A DNA stretch of 64,000 nucleotides from Trichosphaerium sp. ATCC 40318 (Eukaryota > Protista > Tubulinea): positions 792,201-856,200 of the forward strand of contig JALMLS010000376.1 of assembly GCA_038496445.1 (NCBI GenBank). Direction: 5' to 3'. How positions within the stretch are numbered: position 1 is the stretch's first letter; the number at the start of each line of letters is the position of its first letter. The notes beneath the pieces are model-generated. The model saw only the letters and a program-made list of their open reading frames with translations. It had not been told where the DNA came from and made no database searches. Of this stretch, positions 13,356 to 26,800 are shown piece after piece. The translations under genes and the position numbers were made by a program.

Positions 13356-16300
13356 ATGTTAAACCAAGGAGGCGTATGTAGCCTAGGTACATACACCGTA
13401 ATAAATCGAACACAGTTGAATTAGAACAGAACCCTTTTAGAATCCTTTAGGAGTCTAATACTGGCGTAGGCTGTCTGGGTTTATTACTACTCGTATTATT
13501 CGTAAACACCTCTTTCTGCCTTAGGGGTAATGATACCATAGTATTGGGTATGAGCTACCCACATAACTCAACAAATGACTTATGGGTACAGATCTTTTTT
13601 TGTGTTTTGTAGATGTCAAGTGACTGATTTTGTGAGTAGAACAAGCGCGGAGAAGCTCATTTAGCTGGAGTCGAGTTATGGATGAACAGAACGAATGCTA
13701 GAGGAGGTATAACAGTCGCAGGGAAGAACTACACCGTACGCAGAATCAAATATTATTATTTTCTAATATTCGTCGAATAGATTGCTCTTGAGGCTCTACA
13801 AGATGATTTTACTACCAATGTGGTAGTGAACAATTATAAAATACTTCTTTCAGAACACCCTGAGATTGATTACTTTCTTGGTTAGTGTCTACTGTTATTC
13901 TATCACGTTCTTACTTGCAAAGGTCCTTCCTTGTCTGCAAACAGTATTGCTGTTGCTCGAGAAGTCACAGAGAGTGCTGAAAAGTTACTGATAGGCTTGA
14001 CAGTATCTTCTGATACTTTTGCTCAAAGTGGAAGTCATTCATTTGCGACACTTCCTCAAACTTCAAGGTGTTTTAATTTTTTTGACCGAAACGCTTATTT
14101 GCTTACTTTATTTTTTCGACTTTCTCATGTGACAATGCCATTCCTTCGATCAAACCACTTCGAGACTGTAACCTATATTATTATGGACGATTTAGGAGAG
14201 CTCGCTTGCAATGGATTCACCGACCTTGTACAACGAAAGACTGCTATCAACTTCTTTGATTTTTGATTAGGGACTAGAAAATGGGTTCTCGGAACCCAGT
14301 GTTTTTCGTGTGGAGAATGTCGATTCGCCAACACATGTTCAAAATTGGACAATAGCCCTTGAAGCACGTGATAAACATTCTATTTTTAGAATACTTACAA
14401 CAATTCAACAGGAAATTATTGGGCTAAACAGCGATGTGCTATTTGCTTGTGGAGCTGCTCCTCAAGCTGCTGTTAATTTCATGCTGCCAAAAATGAGGTT
14501 GGCGGATTGGACACCAAAGGCGTTCTTCTCATTGCCTTTTGGGTCATGGACAGCATGGGATGTACAAGACAGAGCGTATATTAGTGGTGTTAGAGGTGTA
14601 TGTCATAGCATCTATCTGTTGTGTTTTGTTTAGCATTCTGACGTAATTATTTAGACCAGTATCAAGTCAAGGCGCAAAGGCCAATACTTCGGTACTCTAC
14701 GGGATTACATAGAGTTGTTGGTACTATCACATCCACACGTTGAGGGCGATAATCGTATGACAGCATCTGTAGTTTCAATGGCTTGCACTGTTCTTGAAGC
14801 AGCTTTAAATGTAAGTCCGTATTTTTGTGCTTGACTAAACAACAAACTCTAGGCGAGCAACAGTGTCGAAACAGAAGATGTGATAGCATCCCTTAAAACA
14901 GTTGATATCAATACTTTTTTGGGTAGAGTATGTCTCACTTAACAGCAGTACTTTAAGCAACGTAGCATACTAATATTGTTTACTAGCTTCGATATTCGCC
15001 AAAGAATGAGCAACTTGCTGATGGTACAATGGCTCAGCTTATAAATGGCTCTGACGAAGTTGTGGGACCTCTTTTAAGTGCTTCAGCTCGATTTATTGTT
15101 CCAATGCCAACATGGAAAGAAAGAATATTTAAGGAAACGTTTGGTACTGTAACATGATCTGTAAACACTGACGTATTTAATGAAGGTGAAAGCCCGTATG
15201 AAATAGCTGTGATTGTAGCTGTTATTGTTGCTTTCGCACTGACAATGTGCTTTGCTGTATATATCATAGCGTACAAACAAAGTCTTAAGTGTACGTACTC
15301 AGCAACCTTCTGAAAAAAAGAGGTGAAATCAATACAAGCCAATTCACTTTTGTGTAGATTCTTCTCCAGTGTTCATGATTGGTATTCTCATTGGAGCAAA
15401 CCTGATATTCTTCAGTACTCTCTTTGGATCTCCCAATAATAGTCAAACCTATGCATGTCACATACACGACTGGTTTCTATTTTTAGGAGTCAATCTTATG
15501 TTTGGGCACGTGTTTTCAAGCGTTTACTTTCACAGTGTTTTATTTATCCTTATTTTTAGCTGTTTGTTCGCTAAATCATGGCGTGTCTATTTCCTTTTTA
15601 AAGCTTCTAAGTTTTTAAAACCTATCAAGATAACAGATTTACAAGTTGCAACTTATGTTGCATTGTTCTGTACTCTTTGTATTGTATCCTCACTACTTTT
15701 TTACTCGTTTGAAGATTTCAACCAGTTTAACGATACACTCCTTCACATACAAAAGGCGTTATGCTCAGCGTTTAGTATACTTCTCAAGCCATCACAGATT
15801 GTGGTTATCGATACATATCGCGTTTCCTTGAACTACTATGAGTGTACATTTACAACAGCTTCAACAGTTATTGAAGCAATACAATATGTTTCTATTGTAC
15901 GCTTTGACATACTTACTTATCAATACACTGACAAATTATAGCTTGTGGTGATGGTGATTGGATGCTACACAGCTTTTTTGATTCGTAAAGTACCTCAGAA
16001 CATATTCAATGAAAGCAAGGTTTGTTTAGTCAGTTGTCTATTTCAATCTCAAAGTCTTGTTAGATGATTGGATTCTCGATTTACAACATGACATTATTTA
16101 TGGCTGTAGCTACTATTGCAAGATATACGATCGTTTCGGAAGGATCTAGAGAACAAAGATATATCATACACTCATTCTGTGTCATTCTAAGTGCAGGTAA
16201 CTCTAAGCAATAATGGCTAAGTTGTTATGTTGACCTCGGAACTAGGCTTGAGTATTATTACACTGTTTTTACTAACAAACAAAAATGAAAACACCTTAAG

Positions 16301-16439
16301 CAATATTGGATCTAATTTCTCTGTGGACAGTCAGCTAGATACTGCTCGTGGTGAAAAACGAATTGCTGAAATAGAATCTAAAATAGACCAGTTACAAACT
16401 CTCCTTGTAAAAGAGAAGGAAGCTCTACAAAACAGCTAG
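13356..16439 (+). CDS. Class C (GABA-B/Dictyostelium Grl-like) GPCR with periplasmic-binding-protein type 1 ectodomain, copy 1
   Basis: Signal peptide; GVELWMNRTNARGGITVAGKNY..LQDD (LivJ-like PBP1); 7TM motifs SSPVF..ILIG, CHIHDWFLFLG..FGCLFAKSWRV and FNESKMIGFSIYN; C-terminal coiled coil. Confidence 0.9.
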
Positions 16440-16980
16440 GCTCGCTCAGATTTTATGTAGATAAAAATGTCTTTGTAGTAAACAAGTTTTGTTTCTTCAC
16501 CTCGAACTCAAAAAACGACATTTTGACAATTAGCATTGTTACGCGACGTGTGTATTCGCACTCAATATATTGTCCGTTATTGTAGCTGACGATTAAATGA
16601 AAAAGCCTAGCTCTTGCAGGAAACAATAGAAGTGAGTGTATACGCTTTGTAGTTGTTGAACGCAGTTAAACTACAATTGTTGCTTGAACCACGAATTTTC
16701 TCGTACAAGTTAAACCTTCAACGTTACGTGGAACAGCTACACATGTTAATTACATCTATTTACGGACAATCACGTTTTTTAATTGTTAACGAGTCTAATA
16801 ATAGGTGAGTTTTTAATCAAAATATCTCTCTTCATCTTCTTTGTAGACAGCCAATAGTGTTCAAATAAAAAACGCCCGAAAACTGCATAGCGTAATCGCA
16901 AAAACTAGTAATTGTGTATTATTTCGTCCAGGAAAATTTAAAACAACACGTGAACGCGGTAGTCGCCAATTTACTTACAA

Positions 16981-19900
16981 ATGTCGTTAAAACAACCAAT
17001 CAAGAGTTGCCTAGGTACATCAAAATTAGCAATCCATAAACTGTATCAACACAAAAGCTGTTTTACACTTTAAAACAACAACATCATCATTGTGGTCTAA
17101 TAATAAATGGTGTAGGATGGTTGATTTTATTACTACACGTGGTGTTCATACCTGAAGTCTATTGTCTTCGTGGTAACAATACTATAATCTTGGGTATGAG
17201 TTATACAACAAACTCAACGAACAGTTTGTGGGTAAAGATTAGAATTTGTTTGGCCCAACTATTCATTTTAGTCATATAGAATGAGCGTGGAAGAGCGCAG
17301 TTAGCGGGTGTAGAGTTCTGTGTGAATAGAGTAAATGCGAGAGGAGGTATCAAAGTTTCAGGGAAGAACTACACGGTACACAGAACAGCAGAAATCCATT
17401 TTGCTAAATGGTGTTTTAATATTCTTTACAGATTGCTCTGGAGCTCTTACAAGACGATTTGAACCAACAAGTGGTTATTTCGAATTATAAAACACTTGTT
17501 GCGAATCCTGAGATCGATTACTTTCTTGGTTAGTGTTCTCTTGTGTACTTTTACAGTTCTTACTATTTTAGGTCCTTTTGGTGCTACAAACAGTGTTGCT
17601 GTTGCACAAGACGTTACAGAGAGTGCTGAAAAGTTACTGATAGGCTTGACAGTATCTTCTGATACTTTTGCTCAAAGTGGAAGTCATTCATTTGCGACAC
17701 TTCCTCAAACTTCAAGGTATTTTAATTTTTTTGATGAACGAAACGCTTATTTCTATTTTTGAAGACTTTCTCATGTGACACTTCCATTTCTTCGATCGAA
17801 TAGATTCGAAACAGCAAGTTATATTATCATGGACGATCTGGGAAAGACAGCATGTGATGGATTTACCGAACTCGTTAGAAACAAATCAAATTCCCTTTTT
17901 GTTTGATTTTTTTCTGTTGTAGGGGCGAGTAAACGGTATTGTTGTTGAGTCCTTTCATGTAGAGAATTCGGATTCACCAACGCATGTTCAAAATTGGACA
18001 AGAACACTTGAAGCACGTGATAAATAATCGGTCACAGTTTTTTCTTACATTTTTCCAAAAGGCTATTATTGAGCGGGACAGTGATGTTTTGTTCGCTTGT
18101 GGAGGTGTACCTCAACTACCTGTAAGTTTTATGCTTCCTAAAATGAGAGCAGCGGACTGGTTACCAAAAGTGTTTATCTCGTTACCTTTTGTATCGTGGC
18201 CAAGATGGAACGAACAAGATAGAGAGTACATAAGTGGTGTTAGTGGTGTATGTGATTGAAGTTTTTGTATTTTCTTGTAATTGAGTTGTAATGTTGTCTT
18301 AGACCAGCATCAAGTCAAAGCGCACAGGCTATTACTTTGGCAGTACCCAAGAATACCTAGATGCATTTGCAATGGAATATCCGGACTTTCAAAATGAGGT
18401 TAGTTTGATAGCAGCTACTGCTTCAGTAGCTTGTACTGTACTTGAAGCCGCGTTAAACGTAAGTCTTCATATTTGGTTTTTGTTAGGTAACCAACAAATT
18501 AGGACAGCGAAAGTGTTAATACAGAAGATGTGATAGCATCCCTTAAAACAGTTGATATCAATACTTTTTTGGGTAGAGTACGTCTCTTAAAAGCAATACT
18601 TGAAGATAGTGGTGCACACTAACTCTGTTTGCAAGCTCCGATTCTCACCTAATAATGAGCAACTCACTGATGGTATAATGGAACAGATTATAAATGGATC
18701 TGAAGAAGCTGTGGGACCTCTTTTAAGTGCTTCAGCTCAATTTATTGTTCCAATGCCAACATGGAAAGAAAGAATATTTAAGGAAACGTTTGGTAATACA
18801 TATAGTATCTAAAAACCTAAATTCTTTATAAAGGTGATAGCCCATATGAGGTAGCAATAATTGTAGTTGTTATTATTGCTTTCTTAATGACAATGTGCTT
18901 TGCTGTATACATCATAGCGTACAAGCAAAGTCTTAAGTGTATGTTCAAATCAATACAATCTATTCACTTTTTTGTGTAGATTCTTCTCCAGTGTTCATGA
19001 TTGGTATTCTCATTGGAGCAAATCTGATATTCTTCAGTACTCTCTTTGCATCTCCAAACAATAGTCAAACCTATGCATGTCATTTGAACAACTGGTTTCT
19101 ATTTTTAGGAGTCAATCTTATGTTTGGGCACGTGTTTTCAAGCGTTTACTTTCACAGTATTTTTTATTTATCCTTGTTTTTAGCTGTTTGTTCGCTAAAT
19201 CATGGCGTGTCTATTTTCTTTTTAAAGGATTAAAGTCATTAGAGCCTATCAGGATAACAGACTTGCAGGTTGCAACTTATGTTGCGTTCTTCTGTACTCT
19301 TTGTATTGTATCCTCACTACATTTTTTACTCCGCACTGTTTAACCTTTTGAAGTTTTCAACCAGTTAATTATATGCTCCTTTACATAACAGGTATTGTGT
19401 TCAATATTTAGCATACTTCTCGAGCCTTCAGAGATTGTGGTTATCGATACATATCGCGTTTCTTTCAACTACTATGAGTGTACATTTTCAACAGCTTCAA
19501 CAGTTTTTGAAGCAATACAATATGCATCTATTGTACGCTTTGACATACTTACTTATCAATACACTGACAACCGATAGCTTGTGGTGATGGTGGTTGGATG
19601 CTACACAGCGTTTTTGATTCGTAAAGTACCTCAGAACATATTCAATGAAAGCAAGGTTTGTTTAGTCAGTTTTCTATTTCAATCTCAAAGTCTTGTTAGA
19701 TGATTGGATTCTCGATTTACAACATGACATTATTTATGGCTGTAGCTACTATTGCAAGATATACGATCGTTTCAGAAGGATCTAGAGAACAAAGATATAT
19801 CATACACTCACTTTGCGTCATTCTAAGTGCAGGTAACTCAAAAGCCATCAGATATATTTGGTTCGTTGCCAACTCATTTAGGTTTGAGTGTCATCGCAAT

Positions 19901-20069
19901 GTTTATATTATCCAACAACAGGGAAAAAAGCCTAGAAGGCGTGACATCTAACTACTCTGTGGACAGCCAGCTAGATAAACTGGATAGTAAAAAACGAATT
20001 GCTGAAATACAAGCTCAAATAGATCAATTGGAATCTCTACTTCGAAAGATTAAGAAAGCTTCAAACTAA
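16981..20069 (+). CDS. Class C GPCR with PBP1 ectodomain, copy 2 (tandem paralog; start approximate)
   Basis: Same exon structure and motifs as 13356-16439, with long near-identical nucleotide blocks. Confidence 0.88.
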
Positions 20070-20331
20070 ACCGCAAGTAGAACATTAAATAAAGTAGATT
20101 GAAAGTATACACTAGCATAGACTAAGAGAGTATAATTAGTATTTTAATCTATTCGACAGTCACGTGACAGATGATTAAAGGCATCCACACAATTAACCTT
20201 GAGAGAACTTGAGTAACTGACGAACGCATCAAAGTGCTCAATACACTCAAAAGTGTAAATTCAATTAGCCTTTAAGCGCTGGCTGGTGTTCATGTGATTG
20301 AGTCACAAACTAATTTAATTTTATTTTTCTT

Positions 20332-20784
20332 TTACCCACTACACAATCCGTTGTTTGGTATAATAGGATGGGTCGTTGGCGAGACACTGACAAGACCTCC
20401 CCAACAAAAAGGAGAAATAGGACTTGTGAAGATATAAAACGATGTAACGTTCCAATCATCATCTGCTGCTGTAAATTTCAAGCGTAGTTGTACACCAGTG
20501 AGCGTCTTTGATGCGTCTCTAACTGGTTGATTTTCTTGAACGAATACACTCAATCCTCCTTCTTGAAAATCGTCGATACCTGCATTATCAAGGTCTGAAC
20601 TCCATGATGAGGTTGTTCCATCACTGTAAACATATCGCCAGCTGGGAGGGATATCAGTACCAGCAAAAGGAGTATCTGCAGTGGTAGCAGCGACCATATT
20701 GGCACCAGGAATATTATCGTTGATGCATGAGACTGTAATGCATAACGTAAAGAGGAGAAGTGAAAGTGAGAGCGTTTGAGACAT
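20332..20784 (-). CDS. Secreted single PLAT/LH2-like domain protein, intronless
   Basis: Signal peptide followed by TTADTPFAGTD..DNAGIDDFQEG..VF..L.L...DDWNV, matching the PLAT pattern TGD..AGTD...DFE.G..D.F...W. Confidence 0.75.
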   Translation of the reverse strand: MSQTLSLSLLLFTLCITVSCINDNIPGANMVAATTADTPFAGTDIPPSWRYVYSDGTTSSWSSDLDNAGIDDFQEGGLSVFVQENQPVRDASKTLTGVQLRLKFTAADDDWNVTSFYIFTSPISPFCWGGLVSVSPTTHPIIPNNGLCSG

Positions 20785-21232
20785 ATTTTTGGAAGCGTGG
20801 CTTTGTGATGTGTTTGTAAAACCTCAACTGACAATTCTTTGTGGTTTTTTTTGTGGCACATTTATTTATTTGGGAAAAGTGCCGACACAAAACTTCTAGT
20901 GAATGATAAAGAACATAAACAAGAGTCAAAGATAGAGTCCCAACAGTAGGTTTAGATTGGGAATACAGCGCGCTCGGTAAAATCACCAGCATTTAGTCCA
21001 AGTTGTACTATTTTTTCACTTGGATTAATTGTAATTTATTGCGTAACAATCACGTGTCAGCATTTACTAAACCGAAAGTACAAACCGCCATAGACAATTA
21101 ATTCATTATTTAACTTCTCGTGCAGTATTTTGTATATAGGATGGATGCACAGTTTAATTGTGAACCGAGAAAGTTGAACATAATTGTTATTTTCAGTTTT
21201 ACGTAAAACTTGCAAACCACGCTTCCAGAAAT

Positions 21233-21697
21233 ATGCCTCAAACGCTCTCACTTTCACTTCTCCTATTTACATTATGCGTTACGGTCTCATGCATCAATGA
21301 TAATATTCCTGGCGCTAACATGGTCGTAACTATTACTGGAGACTCCCCAGGGGATAACACTGACACAGCCATCAATTGGCGATACGTTTACACTGATGGA
21401 ACGTTCTCAGCATGGAGTTCAAACCTTAATAACGCAGGTCTCGACGACTTTGAGCTTGGAGAAATGAATGTATTCGCACAAGAGAACCAACCAGTTAGAG
21501 ACACATCAAAGACACTTGATGGTGTACAACTTCGATTAGACCCTGCAGGAGCTAACAATAGATGGGGTGTTACAAAGTTTTATGTGTATACTAACCCAAT
21601 CAACCCTCCTTTCTGCTGGGGAACAACAGGAAGTGCTATTAGTGTCACACGTACTACTAACCCTGTAATTACCAGCAACGGATTATGCCCTCCATAA
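21233..21697 (+). CDS. Secreted single PLAT/LH2-like domain protein, intronless; inverted paralog of 20332-20784
   Basis: Signal peptide followed by ITGDSPGDNTD..NNAGLDDFELGEMNVF..LRLD..NRWGV. Its 5' sequence is nearly identical to that of the partner gene. Confidence 0.75.
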   Translation: MPQTLSLSLLLFTLCVTVSCINDNIPGANMVVTITGDSPGDNTDTAINWRYVYTDGTFSAWSSNLNNAGLDDFELGEMNVFAQENQPVRDTSKTLDGVQLRLDPAGANNRWGVTKFYVYTNPINPPFCWGTTGSAISVTRTTNPVITSNGLCPP

Positions 21698-22097
21698 ATA
21701 AAACCAGCTAAAAAAAGTTGTAAATGTGTTGACATTGATTTCTTTCTTGCTCACTATCTCCTTGTACCTTTTGTTTCAAATTTTGATGTCTCTACCTGGT
21801 TTATTTTCTGGATCATGCACTGGATCATGCTGTAAATAAACATGTCAGCCACAATATCATTCATAATTTGGTATACCTGATAGCCCTGTGGATTATTAGT
21901 AGCATGCACGGAGGAAACTAAGTTGTGTTATCTGTAATGCGATTTATTTGTAATGCGACGATTTAACGTAAGGAAAGAAAGTATTATCCATTTGTACAAC
22001 TGCCAACGAGCCAAAATTCTAGCAGTGAATTTGAACAATGTCACTTAACATCTAGAAACAGATGCTTTTATGATTTTTATTTAACTGACGAGTGACA

Positions 22098-23649
22098 ATG
22101 TCAGAAACAACACCTGATGCTGTACATACTCTTACACCAGACAATATAGTAGCTCTAGAGATTGCAATGCGTATAAGCGCAGTAATTTCACTCGCTGCTT
22201 CGATGGTAATAATAATATCGTATATAAAATGGAGACACCTCCGCACGTGCGTAAGTGATAGCTAAACAACGTCTTTTAGTTTTTGCTTCGTAATTTCAGG
22301 TGTATGTCGTTTAAGCGCGTGTATAGTACACTCTACGTGTAATTAAGCGCTAAACACGTGTTCCTAAGTCAAAATAGACATGAGGTTACTTAGGCGGTTA
22401 TAACAGTTTAATTGTCAACGTAGGTTAATAAATTGGTGGTGTACATGTCTATTTCAGATAGTCTGGCGTCTATAGCTTTTTTTGCTGGAAGATGGCCACT
22501 AGAATCTAATATTATGCCTATTTGTTTCCTACAAGGTACAAAACAACACAACACCAATGAATGTATCAAGAAATCTTTCTCCGCGTTCTTGTCTTTTGCG
22601 GAAAAAAATCACGTGTGCTCTCATTTACTTACCGGTTTTTTTCTTCCTTTGTAGGGTTTTTATTGCATGCTTTCGTCAGTGCATCTATTCTTTGGACAGT
22701 TGCAATAGCATTCACTCTTTATTTGATCGTTGGTAAAAGAAAGAATGAAGACTACATAAGAAAATGCGAAAAGTATTTTCATGGTTTGGTATGGGGTATA
22801 CCTTTAATTGTTTCTATATTTCTAGCTTCTTTCAAAGGATTTGGTGATTCTGTGCTATGGTGTACGTATTAGAATCTCTTTGGAATGAGTTGCAAAGCTT
22901 TCACTATTGAGAACTAATTCCAGGATTTGTAGGTTGGATATCGCCGTCAAGACCTGTTTTTCAATTATCTTTATTTTACGTACCACTGTGGGTAATCTTC
23001 TGTGCGAATATTGTATTCTATGCCATAGTTGGGTATGTATACAGTATATGGTCCTTAAATTGTCTTCTCATACTTTCATAGTGTGGAGCTATGGCGAATC
23101 ACACGATACGGGTCGTCTAGGCACCGATCGGAAGATTCAAAACGACTGAGTATCTTTTTTTACCAAGCTTTTTTTCAACAATTTTATTTCTGTTAGTACA
23201 CCTTGACTCTTATTTTAAGAATTGTACATCAGAAACACGGCACTGTATGTACGTTTATAGTTGTGTCAATATTAACATCCCATAGGTACCTAGGAGTGAT
23301 AGTAATTGTCTGGCTACCAGGTACGCGAGGTTCACATTTATTTGATTAATGACTTACAAAAAAAAAATTAGCGTCTATTAATAGAATTTATCACATGTTT
23401 CGAAGCGATGATATATTTTTTTTGTACCTTCTTCACAGTATCTTCTCACCACTTCATGGGTTCTTAAACTTTCTTGTGTATTACTTTACAACAATATGGA
23501 ATAGAAGAAATACACGTGGCGAATCACGTGTTACAACAGGAGCAGAAGCTTATGGTAATATTTATATGCCAACTATTGAATATCAGCAAAATGATGCTAA
23601 ACCTTATTCTTATGATCCAAGCTATGGCACTGTACCTTTGGACAACTAG
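22098..23649 (+). CDS. cAMP-receptor-like (Dicty_CAR/GCR1-type) 7TM GPCR
   Basis: ISAVISLAAS..IISY, NKLVVYMSISDSLAS, CFLQG, ASILWTVAIAFTLY, EKYFHGLVWGIP, GDSVLWCWI, FYVPLW, LHGFLNFLVY. Confidence 0.92.
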
Positions 23650-23863
23650 TTCGGTTCAAACGGTTGTAAAAATTCATAATAAAGCTCACCATGTAACATC
23701 AGAGTCGCTAGTGGCTGCTAACACGTGTTTTTTATTGCCTATCCGTAGCACCAATCTTTCACAATTCCTGTTGGTTTTAGAGGTTGAGCATCTGCTTGTT
23801 GAATGTTTAGTACAATTTGCAAATCTTACTACATCGCTGTAGTTGTGGTGTTTATTGGTATAT

Positions 23864-26800
23864 CTACAATTTTGTATCTTCAGATGACTCGTCATCAGAA
23901 CTACTAGACGAGCTGCTTTCCTTTTTTTTTGACTTTAATCCTACGCTTGTACTACCTACATTTGTGCCAGGGATGTGATAACGGTACGCCTAAACATTGG
24001 TAAGTCAATACAATAGTTCCAACAAGAAAGTCATACAACATCACGACCAAAAGGCTTCTTCATGAGCCAATACCACCATGAAAACCTGTTATCCCTTGGG
24101 CCTATTACAACCAACAGGGAAACAAACAGAAGGAAGGCAAATATTAGTGAGTAAACAACAACCAACACCATAAACACACCAAACTAAAAAACTATCGTTA
24201 GTAACCTGGCATACAAGTTACTTAGTCATGCCTTAAAGAATAATTGCAATTTAGCAAAAAACAGCATGACGCTTCCCAAGAAAGTTGTAATAGACGCAGA
24301 AACAAGTGATATACCCACGTGACCAAGAGCGTTACGCATCTTTTGCAAACGGACATTTTTTTCGCCATAGTTTGCTTTGGCTAATCTGTAATCAATAGCC
24401 AAATGAAGCGTGTAATCTACACTTAACCCAGCAAGCACAGCAATAGATATGGCTTCAACAATACCTTATACAATTCCTTAGCTACTAGTTATCACGAGGT
24501 TTAAAAGTACCCAGTTGCCATCCAAGCCAAACCATAGTACCAACAATAGAACTAACAACACCGCAAATAGAAAAGAAAGCAAGTACCGAGATTAGAATGT
24601 CTGATGTAGCGCAGATAAGTACTATAGCTACAATACCAAGAGAAATACCCAGTCCTTGAAGGGCTGCCTAAACCAAAAACTTAATTACAAAGTAACAGGA
24701 AAAACAACACGAATACTTGCCTGAACGATTTGTTCTTCGAACTCCATAGAAACATATTGCTCGCTTGTTTGATATCCCTTTCTTAGAGAAGCAGGTGTTG
24801 TTGATAATTCGTTACGAGATTTCATCCATGACTCCATACGATCATAAACAGGTCGTACTTGATCAGCAGGATCAAGAATAGAAAACGAAGAAAACCCAAA
24901 GATCTTAATCAAAATTAGAAGAAAAAAACAAGAACAACTTGTTTTTGTACAGAAAACCAAACAATTCTCGTATTTCCGCTGGAATCTTTCTGACAAAACA
25001 TTGCTTTGTCCCATGTGTCATCTTCAGTGCGCATAGCTACTTGTTTCCAGGCACACACAGAATCAACGAACGTTTGTTTGTCCGTTATTGGAAAAGTGGT
25101 GTTGCCAAGAGACAACCAGTAATCTCTAAAAGCCTTCATAAAGCAGTTCACATTTGAAGGTGCAACAAGCGGTTGTCCATCATCTGAAGAGCTCTTAGTG
25201 GGATGTACTCTAGTTTAGTGTATTTCTATTTACGTACTGCCTGTTTGAAGACCAAAATCATTGCATACTTCAATGACAGCTGGTTGAACTTGCTCAATAT
25301 CGTCAAGACTAAAGCTACCATCATAGTTTGGTTCCCCTAGCTTTGCATCTTCAAAATCAGCTCTTGATCTATCCAAGCCTGCTATACCCCATACAACCGA
25401 TACGTCAACACCAACTCCTCCTGCACTCTATTCAAAGAGTTAAAAACGAACAAAACACGTTCATACCTCTGTTGCCAAGAAAAACTGTGGTGTTTTAGTG
25501 AACAGTAATTGTATGGGATTGTCGTCAGGTAGGAAAGCTAGAAGAAAAATCGTCAAAAATTGAACTCATACTATGGAAGAAAGAGCATACCTTCAGCTTC
25601 TTGAAGAGGTTCTATAGTTGTTGCAAAGTATAGAGTAATAGCGATATATATTATTAAGATTGCAATGATAAAGTATCTTGCTTTATGCAAGTACGTAGAG
25701 TATGTTCCTTCAAAAAATACTTCAAGCCATCTTCTGTCTTGTTTTTTTTTTGAGTTATCATCTGCAACATAAATGAGTAACCAGTTAAAGTAAAAAATAA
25801 GCTCACCAGAGTTTTCTTCAACGTCTTCGCCTTCTTTGCTAGGCTCAACATCTGGGAAGCAACAACAACAGCAACTCTTACAGTATCTATTAGCAAGGAG
25901 AACACAACAAGGCCAAAAAGTAATAGCCATTATGTAATCAACCCTTCGAATCATAAGTAGGCAAACCTCCGAACTAACGTACACAATTAGTGTTCCTGCA
26001 AATACACCAAAGTTCCGAATGGAAGGGATAGAAGAGAACACGTTTGCGTAGAACGCTCCAGCGGTGGTAACTGTAGTGATAAGCATAGCAATAGCAGACT
26101 TCTTATAAGCCCATGCTAGACGTGTTTCTACAGGAACCAAGTCAAAAACAACTAAACAACAAATTTGTCATACGAAGTGAGCCAGAAATATGGGGTGCCT
26201 CGAAAGCTGATTGACGCCAAGCGTCCATAAAAACAAACTCATCATCTGTTCCAATAGCGACAATGACATATAGTGCCAAAAAATTAAAAGTGGCGAAAAT
26301 ACGCTGTTGGAAAATCTAAGAGTGTATAAGTTTCCAGATGATAGCCTTAAATAAGATATATGTACAGCGTTTGTAATAAACAATGCAGTAGGGAATGTAA
26401 GAAGGATTTCTAGAATACCAAGAAAAGCGAGAAGGCAAGACCTAAGTAAAAAAAGTACTTTAACATTTTTTCGAACACTGCAAGACTTCAGTACCTCAAG
26501 TGAAACCACATATAAAAGAAGACCATTACTAGACCAACAATAGCTAAGGCTCCATCGCTATACTCAAAATAATCAATGAAAAGCATGACATAGGGCTCAA
26601 CATACGTAATAAGAAGTGCGTTGAATTCTCTAGCAAATATGCCAGAACCAGAATAAAGTACTATCATTTCGTCATCTTTGTTTGAAAATTGATCCTTTAC
26701 CCATTTATAGTAGGAATTAAGCTTTCATATACCAAGTAAGCATACACCTTAATAAAACAGAAATCATCATACTACAAATTCTTCAACAACTTTTTCTTGG

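Noticed and set aside
21808-21965. Short tandem duplications (CTGGATCATGC x2; TGTAATGCGA x2), also the 24-nt PTIAI duplication near 60077-60121
   Set aside because: Only two copies each, consistent with ordinary slippage. Not CRISPR-like or element termini.
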